A stretch of 44,867 nt of DNA, taken from positions 2,739,174 through 2,784,040 of the forward strand of contig CP070739.1 in the NCBI GenBank assembly GCA_020347705.1, given 5' to 3'. The stretch is from Methanomassiliicoccales archaeon. Its GTDB lineage: Archaea; Thermoplasmatota; Thermoplasmata; GCA-020350865. This document shows positions 1 to 9,547 of this stretch, in pieces; the stretch's first letter is position 1; each line of letters starts with the position of its first letter. The notes under the pieces were generated by a model that searched no databases, was not told the origin of the DNA, and saw only the letters and a program-made list of their open reading frames with translations. A program made the position numbers and the translations under genes.

Positions 1-932
1 ATCTTGGTATTCTCTGCACCGATGGCCTTCATCATACCTATTTCCTTTGTCCGTTCTACAACCGAGGTGGTCATGGTGGTCATGACTCCCAAGGCTGAAG
101 CCAAAAGGGCAACCACGGCAACGAGCAGCATCAATTCCTCGATCTTTTCCAGTATTTCCATCTCAGCCCTTACCATCTGCTTCACTGATTTTGCCTGGGC
201 ATAGGGTATCTTCTCCTCGATTTCCGCAGCAATTACTTCAACAGGGCAGCCTATACATAAAGCGCTCACCTGGACTGTACTCACCTTACCCCATAGACGC
301 GTTATATTTTGAGCCAAGGAAAGGGTCACGAATATTTGGGAATCCTCAGAACTGCCGGTTTCGACTATTCCCACAATATCGAGTGATTGGGCAGTTTCGT
401 TTGCAGTATCGTTATAATAAATCATCAGAGAATCCCCTATATTCACATTGAGAATTTCTGAGATGCTCACACCTATTATCGCACTTTGGGTATCGTTTCT
501 GTCCCCGATCCATTCCCCCCTCAAATCCCACCAGGGACTGATGGTTTGAACCTCGTCGAACCACACCCCTGATAAAACTGTTTTTTGCCCCTCAATAGTC
601 ACCATGGAATAAAGATAGGGAGCATATCCCAATATGTTCTTTGCCCAGCCTATTTCCTTGATTTTGGGAAGATCCGATTCCTCCAAAAATCTCTGCTCTG
701 TTACAGAACCATAATCCACATCTCCAATGGATACAGGTATGCTCTCCGTCCTTGGTACGAGAAGGATGTTTGCACCGTACTGCCTGAATTCCAAACCCAC
801 TTTTTCTTTGACATTAAGGGATGTCGTGACCAGAGCGCCTGTTATGGATGCGCCCATAATCACAGCAATGATGGCAATGGCAACCCTTGTCTTCCGCCGG
901 GAAAGGGATTTCCAAAGGATACGAAGAAGCAT
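1..932 (-). CDS. ABC transporter permease, FtsX/MacB-like (partial; C-terminus outside the window)
   Basis: Not in the ORF track because no stop lies in the window. Reverse-strand translation from ATG at 932-930 gives MLLRILWKSLSRRKTRVAIAIIAVIMGASITGALV..., a typical FtsX-family N-terminal TM helix. A roughly 200-aa extracytoplasmic segment follows. The frame then runs off position 1 as ...VERTKEIGMMKAIGAENTKI, the R-x-x-EIG-x-x-KAIGA motif that precedes the FtsX TM bundle. The + strand ORFs at 4..1002 are antisense shadows. Confidence 0.75.
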   Translation of the reverse strand, partial: MLLRILWKSLSRRKTRVAIAIIAVIMGASITGALVTTSLNVKEKVGLEFRQYGANILLVPRTESIPVSIGDVDYGSVTEQRFLEESDLPKIKEIGWAKNILGYAPYLYSMVTIEGQKTVLSGVWFDEVQTISPWWDLRGEWIGDRNDTQSAIIGVSISEILNVNIGDSLMIYYNDTANETAQSLDIVGIVETGSSEDSQIFVTLSLAQNITRLWGKVSTVQVSALCIGCPVEVIAAEIEEKIPYAQAKSVKQMVRAEMEILEKIEELMLLVAVVALLASALGVMTTMTTSVVERTKEIGMMKAIGAENTK

Positions 933-1065
933 GTTTACACCTGTTGTAAAGCATATGATATGTCAAGGTAATATATTAAATCTATTCAAAAATTATATAT
1001 AGGAAAAACCACTGTTTACAATTAATGTAAATAAATACTGGATTGTTCCCAGAGGTTGATGAAAG

Positions 1066-1428
1066 ATGGTGAAATTTTCAAGGATCAATATCGAATCCGA
1101 GGGTCTTAATAAATTCTTTAGCCCAAACGAGGTGAGGATCCTGCAGTTGTTGTGGGAAAAGGAAAAGTCGACCTCAACCGAAATCAACGAATGCATAAAT
1201 GACCTCTCGCTTGCATGCATCGCGGGTACGCTAGATAGATTGGTGAAGTCCGGGTTCGTGGAAAGAGAGCTCATTGATACCGAATCGAAGATCAAGTACA
1301 TCTATCGTCCTGCTCATACCAAAGCGGAGATGGGGACACTAATTTCCGAAAGGGTTATAGAAAGCCTCATCGATACCTTCGGTGATACGGTTACGGACAC
1401 GTTTGGCAAATATAAGAAGAAGAAGTGA
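1066..1428 (+). CDS. Winged-helix transcriptional repressor, BlaI/MecI/CopY-like
   Basis: 120 aa. The segment SPNEVRILQLLWEKEKSTSTEINECI...GTLDRLVKSGFVERE...KYIYRP has the layout of the penicillinase-repressor family. It sits directly upstream of an HExxH membrane protease, the usual partner. Confidence 0.5.
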   Translation: MVKFSRINIESEGLNKFFSPNEVRILQLLWEKEKSTSTEINECINDLSLACIAGTLDRLVKSGFVERELIDTESKIKYIYRPAHTKAEMGTLISERVIESLIDTFGDTVTDTFGKYKKKK

Positions 1429-1432
1429 ATCC

Positions 1433-2101
1433 ATGTTAGAGGCCATTGAGTGCTACTTCAGCTGCATTGCACGATCGAACACGAACTTCATTCTATTCGC
1501 TCTCGTAATCATAGCTTTAACAATGGGCATCATCTTTCTTTTCTCAAAAAAACCGAATCACATATTCCTTTCCCAGATCGTCACAAGTGTTGCACTGGTA
1601 GAGGGATTTTTACAGATGTCCTGCCCCATGGCAGGTTATGTATGGATCTATTTGGGATTGATATCAGGCGCCATGGTTTTATTGGGATTGGTACAGGTGG
1701 GCTTCGATAGGCATATTCAGAACCTCGAAATCGAAGGCTCACGTTTTTCAAGGAATCTTTCTTTCGAGCTTGGAACCGACATATATTTGTTGGACACACA
1801 AAAGATCAAGGCCTATTCCTATAAGCGGAAAATATACCTCTCGGTGGGCCTGCTTGAGCTTCTCGAACCTGATGAGATAAAGGCCGTGGCAGCTCATGAA
1901 CTGTATCATGTCAGGAACACCCCCAACAGGTTCATGGCCAACACTCTTGCAGTAGCATCGCTGTGGTTTAAGAGTTATAGGGACGATATAAAAGCTGATA
2001 GGTTTGCAGCGGACCTTGCAGGCAAGGAAAACCTGATCTCTGCACTGAGAAAATTGGAAGTATCTAATTTTAAAAAGAGACTGAAAGGGATTGGGGCTTA
2101 G
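1433..2101 (+). CDS. Membrane zinc metalloprotease, M48/M56 (BlaR1/HtpX-like)
   Basis: I prefer ATG 1433 (MLEAIECYF...), 5 nt after the upstream stop, over the overlapping 1382 start. The N-terminal half has hydrophobic helices. An HExxH motif is present (AAHELYHV). Confidence 0.55.
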   Translation: MLEAIECYFSCIARSNTNFILFALVIIALTMGIIFLFSKKPNHIFLSQIVTSVALVEGFLQMSCPMAGYVWIYLGLISGAMVLLGLVQVGFDRHIQNLEIEGSRFSRNLSFELGTDIYLLDTQKIKAYSYKRKIYLSVGLLELLEPDEIKAVAAHELYHVRNTPNRFMANTLAVASLWFKSYRDDIKADRFAADLAGKENLISALRKLEVSNFKKRLKGIGA

Positions 2102-2119
2102 GGCCATCTAACAGGGCCA

Positions 2120-3061
2120 TCAAAAAAGCAAATTGACTCCTGGTAATTCTAAACCTGCCATCCTTAAAACTATATCTGTGATCATGGCGATGCTGAAGAA
2201 CCAGAACCAACCTGCCGACTTGAAGAATGTATTAGCCCCAATTTTCGGATCTGGATTTTTTATTAGATTATCTGCAAGTATTATCAACAATATGGCTGCC
2301 AGGCCAGAGCCTATCATGTAAACGATTCCCAGGTTTGTAAAAAGGAAGATCATGATAGACATGAAAAGGACCAGTGTCCAACATGCGAAAATCAGCTTTG
2401 CCGTGGCTCTTATTCCGTATTTAACTGGAAGGGTGGGGATCCCCGTTTTTTTGTCCCCTTCGACATCCTTGCATACGCCGCTTAATGTGAATCCCGGTTC
2501 ATATAAGAAATACAGGATAAAGAGCATTATGGCTTCAAACGTTATCTGGTATGTATAGACAAAGAAAACACCCATGGGCATAAGGGCGGTGGCCAAGACC
2601 ACGAAGAAGTGGGAGAATGGGCTCTTATACTTCATCATGGAATACTGTAAGATACACAACATCTGTATGATTCCGATCATTCCGGTTAGGATGTTCAGAT
2701 AAAACAATATCGCAAGGGATGGGATGCCCAGTATTGCAGCGTAGGCCAAAAGGATACTCTTCTTTATTCCGTGGGTGACAGCTTTGTCTTTTCTTATCCC
2801 AGATGCAAAATCAAGGTCGGCATCGAAATAATCGTTTACAGCATAACCGGATGTAACCCCGAGATACGAACCCAGCATGATAAGGAGTAATTTTATGATA
2901 AAACTCTGATCTGCATGAAGAGGGGAAGAAAAGTCACCGTACTCAATGGATGCAAACAGCGCAATTGCGGCAACCCATGGGAGTGTGACGATACCGATAA
3001 TCGGTCTCATTGTGATTATGAGTCCTTTTATTTTTGAGGTTGCCAGATACATCAACTCCAA
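2120..3061 (-). CDS. UbiA-family prenyltransferase (DGGGP-synthase-like)
   Basis: 313 aa and polytopic. The first Asp-rich motif is NDYFDADLD. The second motif is KDVEGDKKTGIPTLPVKYG, typical of archaeal UbiA/DGGGPS enzymes. Confidence 0.8.
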   Translation of the reverse strand: MELMYLATSKIKGLIITMRPIIGIVTLPWVAAIALFASIEYGDFSSPLHADQSFIIKLLLIMLGSYLGVTSGYAVNDYFDADLDFASGIRKDKAVTHGIKKSILLAYAAILGIPSLAILFYLNILTGMIGIIQMLCILQYSMMKYKSPFSHFFVVLATALMPMGVFFVYTYQITFEAIMLFILYFLYEPGFTLSGVCKDVEGDKKTGIPTLPVKYGIRATAKLIFACWTLVLFMSIMIFLFTNLGIVYMIGSGLAAILLIILADNLIKNPDPKIGANTFFKSAGWFWFFSIAMITDIVLRMAGLELPGVNLLF

Positions 3062-3175
3062 ACCACTGTCAAGTCACCGAATCTTATTTTATGATTTTTA
3101 GGTGATATCTTTTTTATTATTTTACATTATTGCTTTTTATTTTTTAAAAAGATAAACGCTTTGAATATTCAATAA

Positions 3176-4192
3176 TTAAAATATTCTCCATAATCCGACA
3201 TAATATGTCAACAACAATCCATTTCCGATAACCAAGAGAACACATAGGGTGAGAATCGTCCAGTATATACCTTTAAAGGTCATTTTTCTCAATATTATCG
3301 GGTAGAGGATTACCTGTGCAAGCGCTATTGGCCAGATCACCATAACCAATTCAGGTGTGAACAGATAATTTGTCATGCCCATGTATATTACTAGGGAATT
3401 TGCTATGACGACGCACAGGATCCCAAAAATAAATGCAGTTTTTTTTCCAAATCTCACCGCAAAGGTATAGAGGCCTGCAACCTTGTCACTTTTGTAGTCA
3501 ATTATCGTGGTGGGGATGTAGATTGCACCTACACCGCTCATTGACGTCAAACCCCAAACCCATGGATATTCGTGAATCGGTTGTGCAACGATCCAACCTG
3601 CTATGGAACATAAAAGACCGCTGCCGAAAATATTGGTGAGTACATCTAAACCCGCCCTATTTTTCAATCTTATTGGGGGTGTTGAATATGATAAGGATAG
3701 TATGATACACGAGGTGACCAGGAGCCAGAATAGTAAAGAGACGAAAATCGCTAATACCAAAGCAAGGCCCATAAATAAAATGGAGGTTTTTAGAACCGTT
3801 TTTCCTTCCAACAAACCCTGCGGCAGGGGAAATAGTCCTTTTCTCCTGCTGATCTTGTCGATCTCGCTGTCCCAATAATCATTATACAGCAGGGTCGAGC
3901 CTCCAAGAAAAGGCCCCATTACCATCAAACAAATGATAAAAATGATGAACTCATCGACGCTGGCTGTTGTAGGGGTGCGGGAGGATAGAATGTCCAGAAT
4001 ATAGGTTGGGAACAGTTTGCGAGTGGCAAAAACCCAACCTATATAGAAGGGGATAACGGACACTCCCCAGAATATAGGAACCATATGCTTCATCAGGTAT
4101 CTTAAAATTTTCAATGGGGAGATGGTATAAGATTCATCCTCGAAGGACATGTCATCAGCTCGAAAGAGGTCATAGCGATTTGGCCACGACAT
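3176..4192 (-). CDS. UbiA-family prenyltransferase (second, divergent paralogue)
   Basis: 338 aa and polytopic. The Asp-rich motifs are NDYWDSEID and DYKSDKVAGLYTFAVRFG. The 5' end overlaps the upstream Fe-S gene by 23 nt. An alternative ATG lies at 4150. Confidence 0.75.
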   Translation of the reverse strand: MSWPNRYDLFRADDMSFEDESYTISPLKILRYLMKHMVPIFWGVSVIPFYIGWVFATRKLFPTYILDILSSRTPTTASVDEFIIFIICLMVMGPFLGGSTLLYNDYWDSEIDKISRRKGLFPLPQGLLEGKTVLKTSILFMGLALVLAIFVSLLFWLLVTSCIILSLSYSTPPIRLKNRAGLDVLTNIFGSGLLCSIAGWIVAQPIHEYPWVWGLTSMSGVGAIYIPTTIIDYKSDKVAGLYTFAVRFGKKTAFIFGILCVVIANSLVIYMGMTNYLFTPELVMVIWPIALAQVILYPIILRKMTFKGIYWTILTLCVLLVIGNGLLLTYYVGLWRIF

Positions 4193-5381
4193 CAGCGATA
4201 TCCATTACCTTCATTTTAAATTTTTCACCTTTCGCTTTGAGCTCCTCTTTCTTGGCCTCGACCCCAACGCTTATTTGAGCCTTACAGTTCGGACAGCTTG
4301 AGATTATGGTCTTTGCCCCCAGTTCGATGGCCTCATCGACCTTTCTTGCGGTTATTTTTGTTGTCAGATCATAATCAACTGCTTTTAAGCCCCCCCCTCC
4401 ACCGCAGCATACACTGTCCATCCTGTTGTTATTGTATTCCAGTATTGAATCCACACCCGGAACGCTGTTAAGAATGGTTCTAGGTTCGTCAAAGATGCCC
4501 CTTCCTTCCAATTCTGAGATCCTTCCCAGTTCACACGGATCGTGGTATACGAGGGGTAGGTTCTTTTTCTTGAATTCCTTTGAGAATTCGAGCTTCCCCT
4601 CGTTGATTAATCTTGCAATCAATTCTGTGGTATGAACCACTTCAAAATTCAATTTCCCAACGTATTTTTTGTACTTCTTCAAGGCCCGCAAACAGCCTGG
4701 ACAACCTGTTACCACGGTACTTGCTTTACGTTTTTCGATTTGGTCTACATTATGTTTAGCGATCTGTTTGAAATTATCGAATTGACCAGTCATTGCGTTT
4801 ATTGCACCACAACACATTTCATCCGTGCCTAGAGTGGTAAAATCAACCCCGGTTTTGGTAAGGACCTTCATCATGCTCAATAGGACCTGGTATTCATAAA
4901 ATGATGTCATGCAACCCGGAAAAAAAACGACTTCGGCCTGGGAGGGAAGTTTGTAATCATCCCTGTACCATTCGTCCCTTTTTGAGAGAGGTTCCATGAA
5001 GGGATTTTTAAATTCCTTGTTTTCGATATTTTTGTACATGTCCTTTGCGGCTTGGGGAGGACCGTAATCGTTTTCCACCAACCATTTCCTGGCCTCTTCC
5101 CAGAATTCATGGAATTCGATATCAACCTGACATAACGACTCACATCGACAACACAATGTACAGGTAAACATCTTCTGCATCCATTCATCCGTTATTTCGA
5201 TTTTCCGTCTCAGGATTCTATCCAAAAGGCCCTTTGAAGAGAGCTGTTTTAACCAGTACACTTTCCCCCTTGGGGTTAATGACTCCCATCCTGTTTCCCT
5301 GTACACGGGACAAACCGTTCTGCAGTATCCGCATTGGAGACATGCGTATACATCATTGATATTCGGTACCGCCATGGTCAT
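4170..5381 (-). CDS. (Fe-S)-binding oxidoreductase, GlcF/HdrD-like with two CCG domains
   Basis: 403 aa. It has two ferredoxin-type Cys clusters (CLQCGYCRTVCP, CTLCCRCESLCQ). It has two CCG motifs (MCCGAINA, CCGGGGGL). Confidence 0.8.
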   Translation of the reverse strand: MTMAVPNINDVYACLQCGYCRTVCPVYRETGWESLTPRGKVYWLKQLSSKGLLDRILRRKIEITDEWMQKMFTCTLCCRCESLCQVDIEFHEFWEEARKWLVENDYGPPQAAKDMYKNIENKEFKNPFMEPLSKRDEWYRDDYKLPSQAEVVFFPGCMTSFYEYQVLLSMMKVLTKTGVDFTTLGTDEMCCGAINAMTGQFDNFKQIAKHNVDQIEKRKASTVVTGCPGCLRALKKYKKYVGKLNFEVVHTTELIARLINEGKLEFSKEFKKKNLPLVYHDPCELGRISELEGRGIFDEPRTILNSVPGVDSILEYNNNRMDSVCCGGGGGLKAVDYDLTTKITARKVDEAIELGAKTIISSCPNCKAQISVGVEAKKEELKAKGEKFKMKVMDIADVVAKSL

Positions 5382-5385
5382 TGAA

Positions 5386-6954
5386 TCACTCAGTGTGGGG
5401 GTTTTGTATCACTTTCATTTTTGGCTTAATTCTCATACCAGGCAATCTTTTCATAAATGCCATCATATTCATTCCCAAGTTCATTCCAAAGGCGGGAATT
5501 GGGATCCCGAACCTGGTCATTCCTTCTGTTGTCTTCCCGGGATTCATGATATCATGAGGGTCCATCATGGATTTAACGCTCACCATCACGTTAGCTCCGT
5601 TTGCGTGCAATTTCTTCAAGTTCGAGGCAAAGAAAATACCCAGACCAGCCGGGCGCCCACCCGCTTTAAAGGCCAAATCTCCGATTTTCTTGATGAAGGA
5701 CATGGTCATCATGGATCTGAATTTTCTTTCGTCGGTCAGGCAATAGGGCATGAACGTAACAGTGTTTCTATCTGACACCATTCCCGTTATTGCCGCCCTC
5801 AATTTCATTCTCTTTATTACCTTCGATGAACCTGTGATCATCTCATGCATTTTTGAAACTGGGATCATCCCTTCTGCAAGCACGATGGTGGGTCCAAGTC
5901 TCTTTACTCTCATCTCAAAAAAGCGCTCCTCCCATTCATGATTAGACAATTTTTTGTCTTGTTTTTCTCCACCATGCCGCCTTGCGATTATGTCCAATGC
6001 GGCTTCCTCATGGTCCAATGACACCTTGGTCCCCTCCAGGGCAAGGACTATCATGGAGTCTATCTCAGGAGTCTCTTTGCCCATTTGCCTTAGAAAATCG
6101 AAATGATTTTTGTCAAAAAATGAAATGTGTAATGGCGTTATGGTAGAACGGGTGATATCAGATATAGCTTCACACATATCTTTTGTATTAAGGAAGGTGT
6201 ATGCTATCGGACGGATTTCTTCGGGGGCTGGGTAAATCCTTAAAGTGACTTTGGTAATAATTCCCAAAGTACCCTCTGACCCAGTAAAAAATAACCGTAG
6301 GTTGTCACCGAATGAACCTGATTTCACGTTGGGACTTCCGAAAGTAATGATCTCACCTTTGGGAAGGACCATCTCAAGGGCCAAGATCTGTTTTTCCACT
6401 CCCCCGTACTTATAGGAACCTACACCAACACCACCGGTGTTGATCCAACCTCCCACCGTAGCAGCGAGGGCGCTGCTGGGATATGCTCCAATCAAATAGC
6501 CTTTTCTCAGTAAGGCCCTGTATAAATCTGCCCAAGTTATACCAGGCTCCACAGTAACGGTGAGATTTTCTTCATCAATCTCGATAATGGAGCTCATCGT
6601 GGCCAAGTCCAATACGATTCCCCCCATTACAGGCACTGCGCCTCCCAAGGCCCAGGATGCACCTCCCCTTGGGATCACCGGTAATTGTTTTTCCACGGCA
6701 AGCTTGATTATCCGGGAAACCTCAAGCGCAGTTTTCGGTCTCACGACTGCATCTGGGAGCATCTTAAATCCCATCTCCATCATTTTTGGTAGAGGAGCCA
6801 AATCATGGCCATATAACCTTCGTTCAAGTGTTTCATCACTTACTCGGGATTCGCTAACTATTTTGGCCAACGATTCGAACAGCTCGGTATGGATTATCTC
6901 TGCAGTGTCATTTTCAATTTGATTTCTCTTTTCTGCACTTGCTTCTTCAGCCAT
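5386..6954 (-). CDS. FAD-linked oxidase, GlcD/D-lactate dehydrogenase-like (PCMH-type FAD domain)
   Basis: 522 aa. Motifs seen: VIPRGGASWALGGAVP, GGWINTGGVGVGSYKYG, GSEGTLGIITK. The stop lies 4 nt from the start of the Fe-S partner. Confidence 0.8.
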   Translation of the reverse strand: MAEEASAEKRNQIENDTAEIIHTELFESLAKIVSESRVSDETLERRLYGHDLAPLPKMMEMGFKMLPDAVVRPKTALEVSRIIKLAVEKQLPVIPRGGASWALGGAVPVMGGIVLDLATMSSIIEIDEENLTVTVEPGITWADLYRALLRKGYLIGAYPSSALAATVGGWINTGGVGVGSYKYGGVEKQILALEMVLPKGEIITFGSPNVKSGSFGDNLRLFFTGSEGTLGIITKVTLRIYPAPEEIRPIAYTFLNTKDMCEAISDITRSTITPLHISFFDKNHFDFLRQMGKETPEIDSMIVLALEGTKVSLDHEEAALDIIARRHGGEKQDKKLSNHEWEERFFEMRVKRLGPTIVLAEGMIPVSKMHEMITGSSKVIKRMKLRAAITGMVSDRNTVTFMPYCLTDERKFRSMMTMSFIKKIGDLAFKAGGRPAGLGIFFASNLKKLHANGANVMVSVKSMMDPHDIMNPGKTTEGMTRFGIPIPAFGMNLGMNMMAFMKRLPGMRIKPKMKVIQNPHTE

Positions 6955-7251
6955 ACTTCATCCTCGTTTTCTTGCCGATAGGAAATTGCATCCTCGTTGT
7001 CTGATACCATCTTAATCGCAATATATATCCATTATTCTGTTACCGGAAGATAGGACACATTTTCTTTTGGGAAATTAAATTCAAATAATATTCTCAGAAT
7101 ACCTTTATTAATATGCCTTATGGCGAATATTAAATATAAAACTTGCGTTATTCGTCATTATAAATACAAAATACGATGTTTAGTTGTCTGGAAACCGAGA
7201 AAATATAAATCATACAATCGACGCTACTTGATCAATATGTAAAAATCTCCA

Positions 7252-8313
7252 TTAGCTAAATAATTTTAATCTCTTCAAATATTTTTCTGCTTTCTCTGGG
7301 CTTGAGAGAACCCTTTCTACAAAATCTACCTTTCTGAGCGAGGTCAAGCCATTCTTTTTTAACTTCTCGGTATATGAAGTTCCAAGAAACTTTAATTCGA
7401 ATCTTTGCTCCTTTATTGCCTGGATTATGACCTCTGCTGCGATTCTTCCGCTTTTCATGGCATAGAATATTCCCTCCCCAGTTCCAGGAAAAACGAAACC
7501 CCCTGCATCTCCCACCAAAATGGTCCTGTCAGCCGTCAATATATCAAAGGGGCCCCTCATCGGTATCAGGTGGGCCTCCGTCCTTACAATTTTCCCGTCC
7601 GAGATTTTCTCTTTTATATCTTTGCGCTTAAGAAACTCGTCGAGATTTTTCTTACAATTTTTCTTAAAACTCGGTGACAGACCGCCCACTCCGAGTTTCA
7701 CTGCATCTTTTAAAGGACTTATCCAGGCGTATCCGTATGGTATTGAGTAATACACTTCAAACCAATTCCCTATCATATCGTCAACTCTTTCTTTTGAAAG
7801 CGAGATTTCATATTGCATTGCCACCGCCATGTCCGATGATCTGTTTTTACCGCAATCGTTTATTCCGCTAATCTTTCTCACAACAGAATTAACACCATCC
7901 GCACCTACCACCAAGTTTGTACGAAAGGAGCCTCCTTTTCCCCCTACCTCCACAAATTCCTTTTTTATCTCATATCTTGAAACTCGAATCCGCTTGGGTT
8001 GGTTTTTTAATCTTTTTATAAGGAAATTATCGAACCTCTCTCTCCTGACGATCAACCCTCTTGTGGGAAAAGAAGACTGCACCATAGCACCTGAAGGTGA
8101 GAAAATGCGATATCCTTCCAAAGGTCTTTCCATGATGTTATCCGGAATTTCGAGCTCCGAATAAACTTTAGGCGGTATGACACCAGCACAGGGTTTAGTC
8201 CTTGGAAATTGTTCTTTGTCCAACAACGCAATCTTATAACCAGAGTTTTCCAGAACATAAGCTGTGGATGCTCCAGCAGGACCAGCACCGACGATTACTA
8301 CATCATACATCAC
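7252..8313 (-). CDS. Geranylgeranyl reductase family flavoprotein
   Basis: 353 aa. The N-terminal dinucleotide fold is YDVVIVGAGPAGASTA. KPCAGVIP and GDAGGFVFPGTGEGI motifs typical of archaeal GGR are present. Confidence 0.8.
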   Translation of the reverse strand: MMYDVVIVGAGPAGASTAYVLENSGYKIALLDKEQFPRTKPCAGVIPPKVYSELEIPDNIMERPLEGYRIFSPSGAMVQSSFPTRGLIVRRERFDNFLIKRLKNQPKRIRVSRYEIKKEFVEVGGKGGSFRTNLVVGADGVNSVVRKISGINDCGKNRSSDMAVAMQYEISLSKERVDDMIGNWFEVYYSIPYGYAWISPLKDAVKLGVGGLSPSFKKNCKKNLDEFLKRKDIKEKISDGKIVRTEAHLIPMRGPFDILTADRTILVGDAGGFVFPGTGEGIFYAMKSGRIAAEVIIQAIKEQRFELKFLGTSYTEKLKKNGLTSLRKVDFVERVLSSPEKAEKYLKRLKLFS

Positions 8314-8419
8314 ATTTCATCACCAGTATCAAATAGCATAATCGCAATGGAGGCTTAAGTGTTTTTATTGTTCAAAGGAAAAGCTATAAAATAGATGGTT
8401 CCGATTCTCCAAGTGGTGA

Positions 8420-9400
8420 ATGTTAGTGAAAAGTATTTGGACCGACATTGAAGAATTGCTTTCTCTATCCCTCGATTCTCTTTTGGAAAAGGCATGGGAC
8501 ATCAGAACGAAAAATTTCCCACATGCCCTAAATATATCTGTTCCGAGCGCCAAAACGTATATTACGGATCATTATAGAAATAAAAGAGATGTGTTTGTCA
8601 ACATTAGTGTCACTGGGGATAAATGTGCTTTGAACTGTGAGCACTGCAAGGGAAGGTTACTGGAATCGATGATACCTGCTCAGAATCCAAGCAAGTTAAA
8701 AGAAATTGGAGATGCCCTCATCGAAAAGGGTTGTAAAGGTATTCTAATAAGCGGTGGTGCATTGGCAGATGGTATGGTCCCCCTTGACGACTATATAGAA
8801 TCGATTTGGTATTTGAAGCAAAGGGGATTTAAGGTCATTGTTCATACCGGCCTTGTAAACGAGGACATCGCCAGGAAATTGAAGGCCGTGGATGTCGACC
8901 AAGTGCTTATAGACATCATAGGTGATAAAGAAACCATTAATAAGGTCTACCATCTTGATAAAGCACCCGAAGATTTTGAAAAATCGCTGGAAATATTAAA
9001 GGGTGCGGGCCTTGAGATCGCACCACATATCATAATAGGTCTGGACTTTGGAAGGATAACTGGTGAATATAACGCACTCCGCATGACCTCGGAATTTAAG
9101 CCAGAGGTGATCGTGCTGGTTATCCTATCTCCAATGTACGGAACCCCAATGTACGGCGTGAAAACCCCATCACCCGAAGATGTGGCCAAAATCGCCGCCA
9201 TTGCGAGAATAATCAATCCAAGAACAAGGATCACATTGGGCTGTGCAAGGCCCTCAGGCCCCCTAAAAATCGAAACAGAAAAACAGCTGATTAAAGCGGG
9301 TGTCAATTCTATAGCCTACCCAGCAGATGAGGCAATCGACTATGCACACGGTCTTGGGTTGAAGACGAATTTCAAAGAGGAATGCTGCTCTCTTTTATGA
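8420..9400 (+). CDS. Radical SAM protein (unassigned subfamily)
   Basis: 326 aa. A CX3CX2C cluster motif is present (CALNCEHCKG), followed by a Gly-rich ILISGGAL segment. The length is consistent with a TIM-barrel fold. Divergent from the GGR gene. Confidence 0.65.
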   Translation: MLVKSIWTDIEELLSLSLDSLLEKAWDIRTKNFPHALNISVPSAKTYITDHYRNKRDVFVNISVTGDKCALNCEHCKGRLLESMIPAQNPSKLKEIGDALIEKGCKGILISGGALADGMVPLDDYIESIWYLKQRGFKVIVHTGLVNEDIARKLKAVDVDQVLIDIIGDKETINKVYHLDKAPEDFEKSLEILKGAGLEIAPHIIIGLDFGRITGEYNALRMTSEFKPEVIVLVILSPMYGTPMYGVKTPSPEDVAKIAAIARIINPRTRITLGCARPSGPLKIETEKQLIKAGVNSIAYPADEAIDYAHGLGLKTNFKEECCSLL

Positions 9401-9547
9401 GATGTATAGGCATAAAAGGACGATAACTTATACAATAATGCCTTGAATTTTGTTAAAATCCCATTGTTAACATGGCAAAAGATTAAATTGAAGTAAAATA
9501 TTTACTCAGCAACTTCAAAATCATTGTTGACAATAGGAGACCAAACG

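Noticed and set aside
4-1002. Four + strand ORFs (66-128 aa) in the first kilobase.
   Set aside because: Their sequences show no motifs and have odd composition. They lie antisense to a well-supported FtsX-like permease frame that runs off the window edge.
8420-9400. The radical SAM protein could be a tetraether or ring synthase (Tes/Grs-type) because of the lipid-gene neighbourhood.
   Set aside because: At 326 aa it is much shorter than those enzymes as I know them, and I see no additional cluster motifs. The subfamily is left unassigned.
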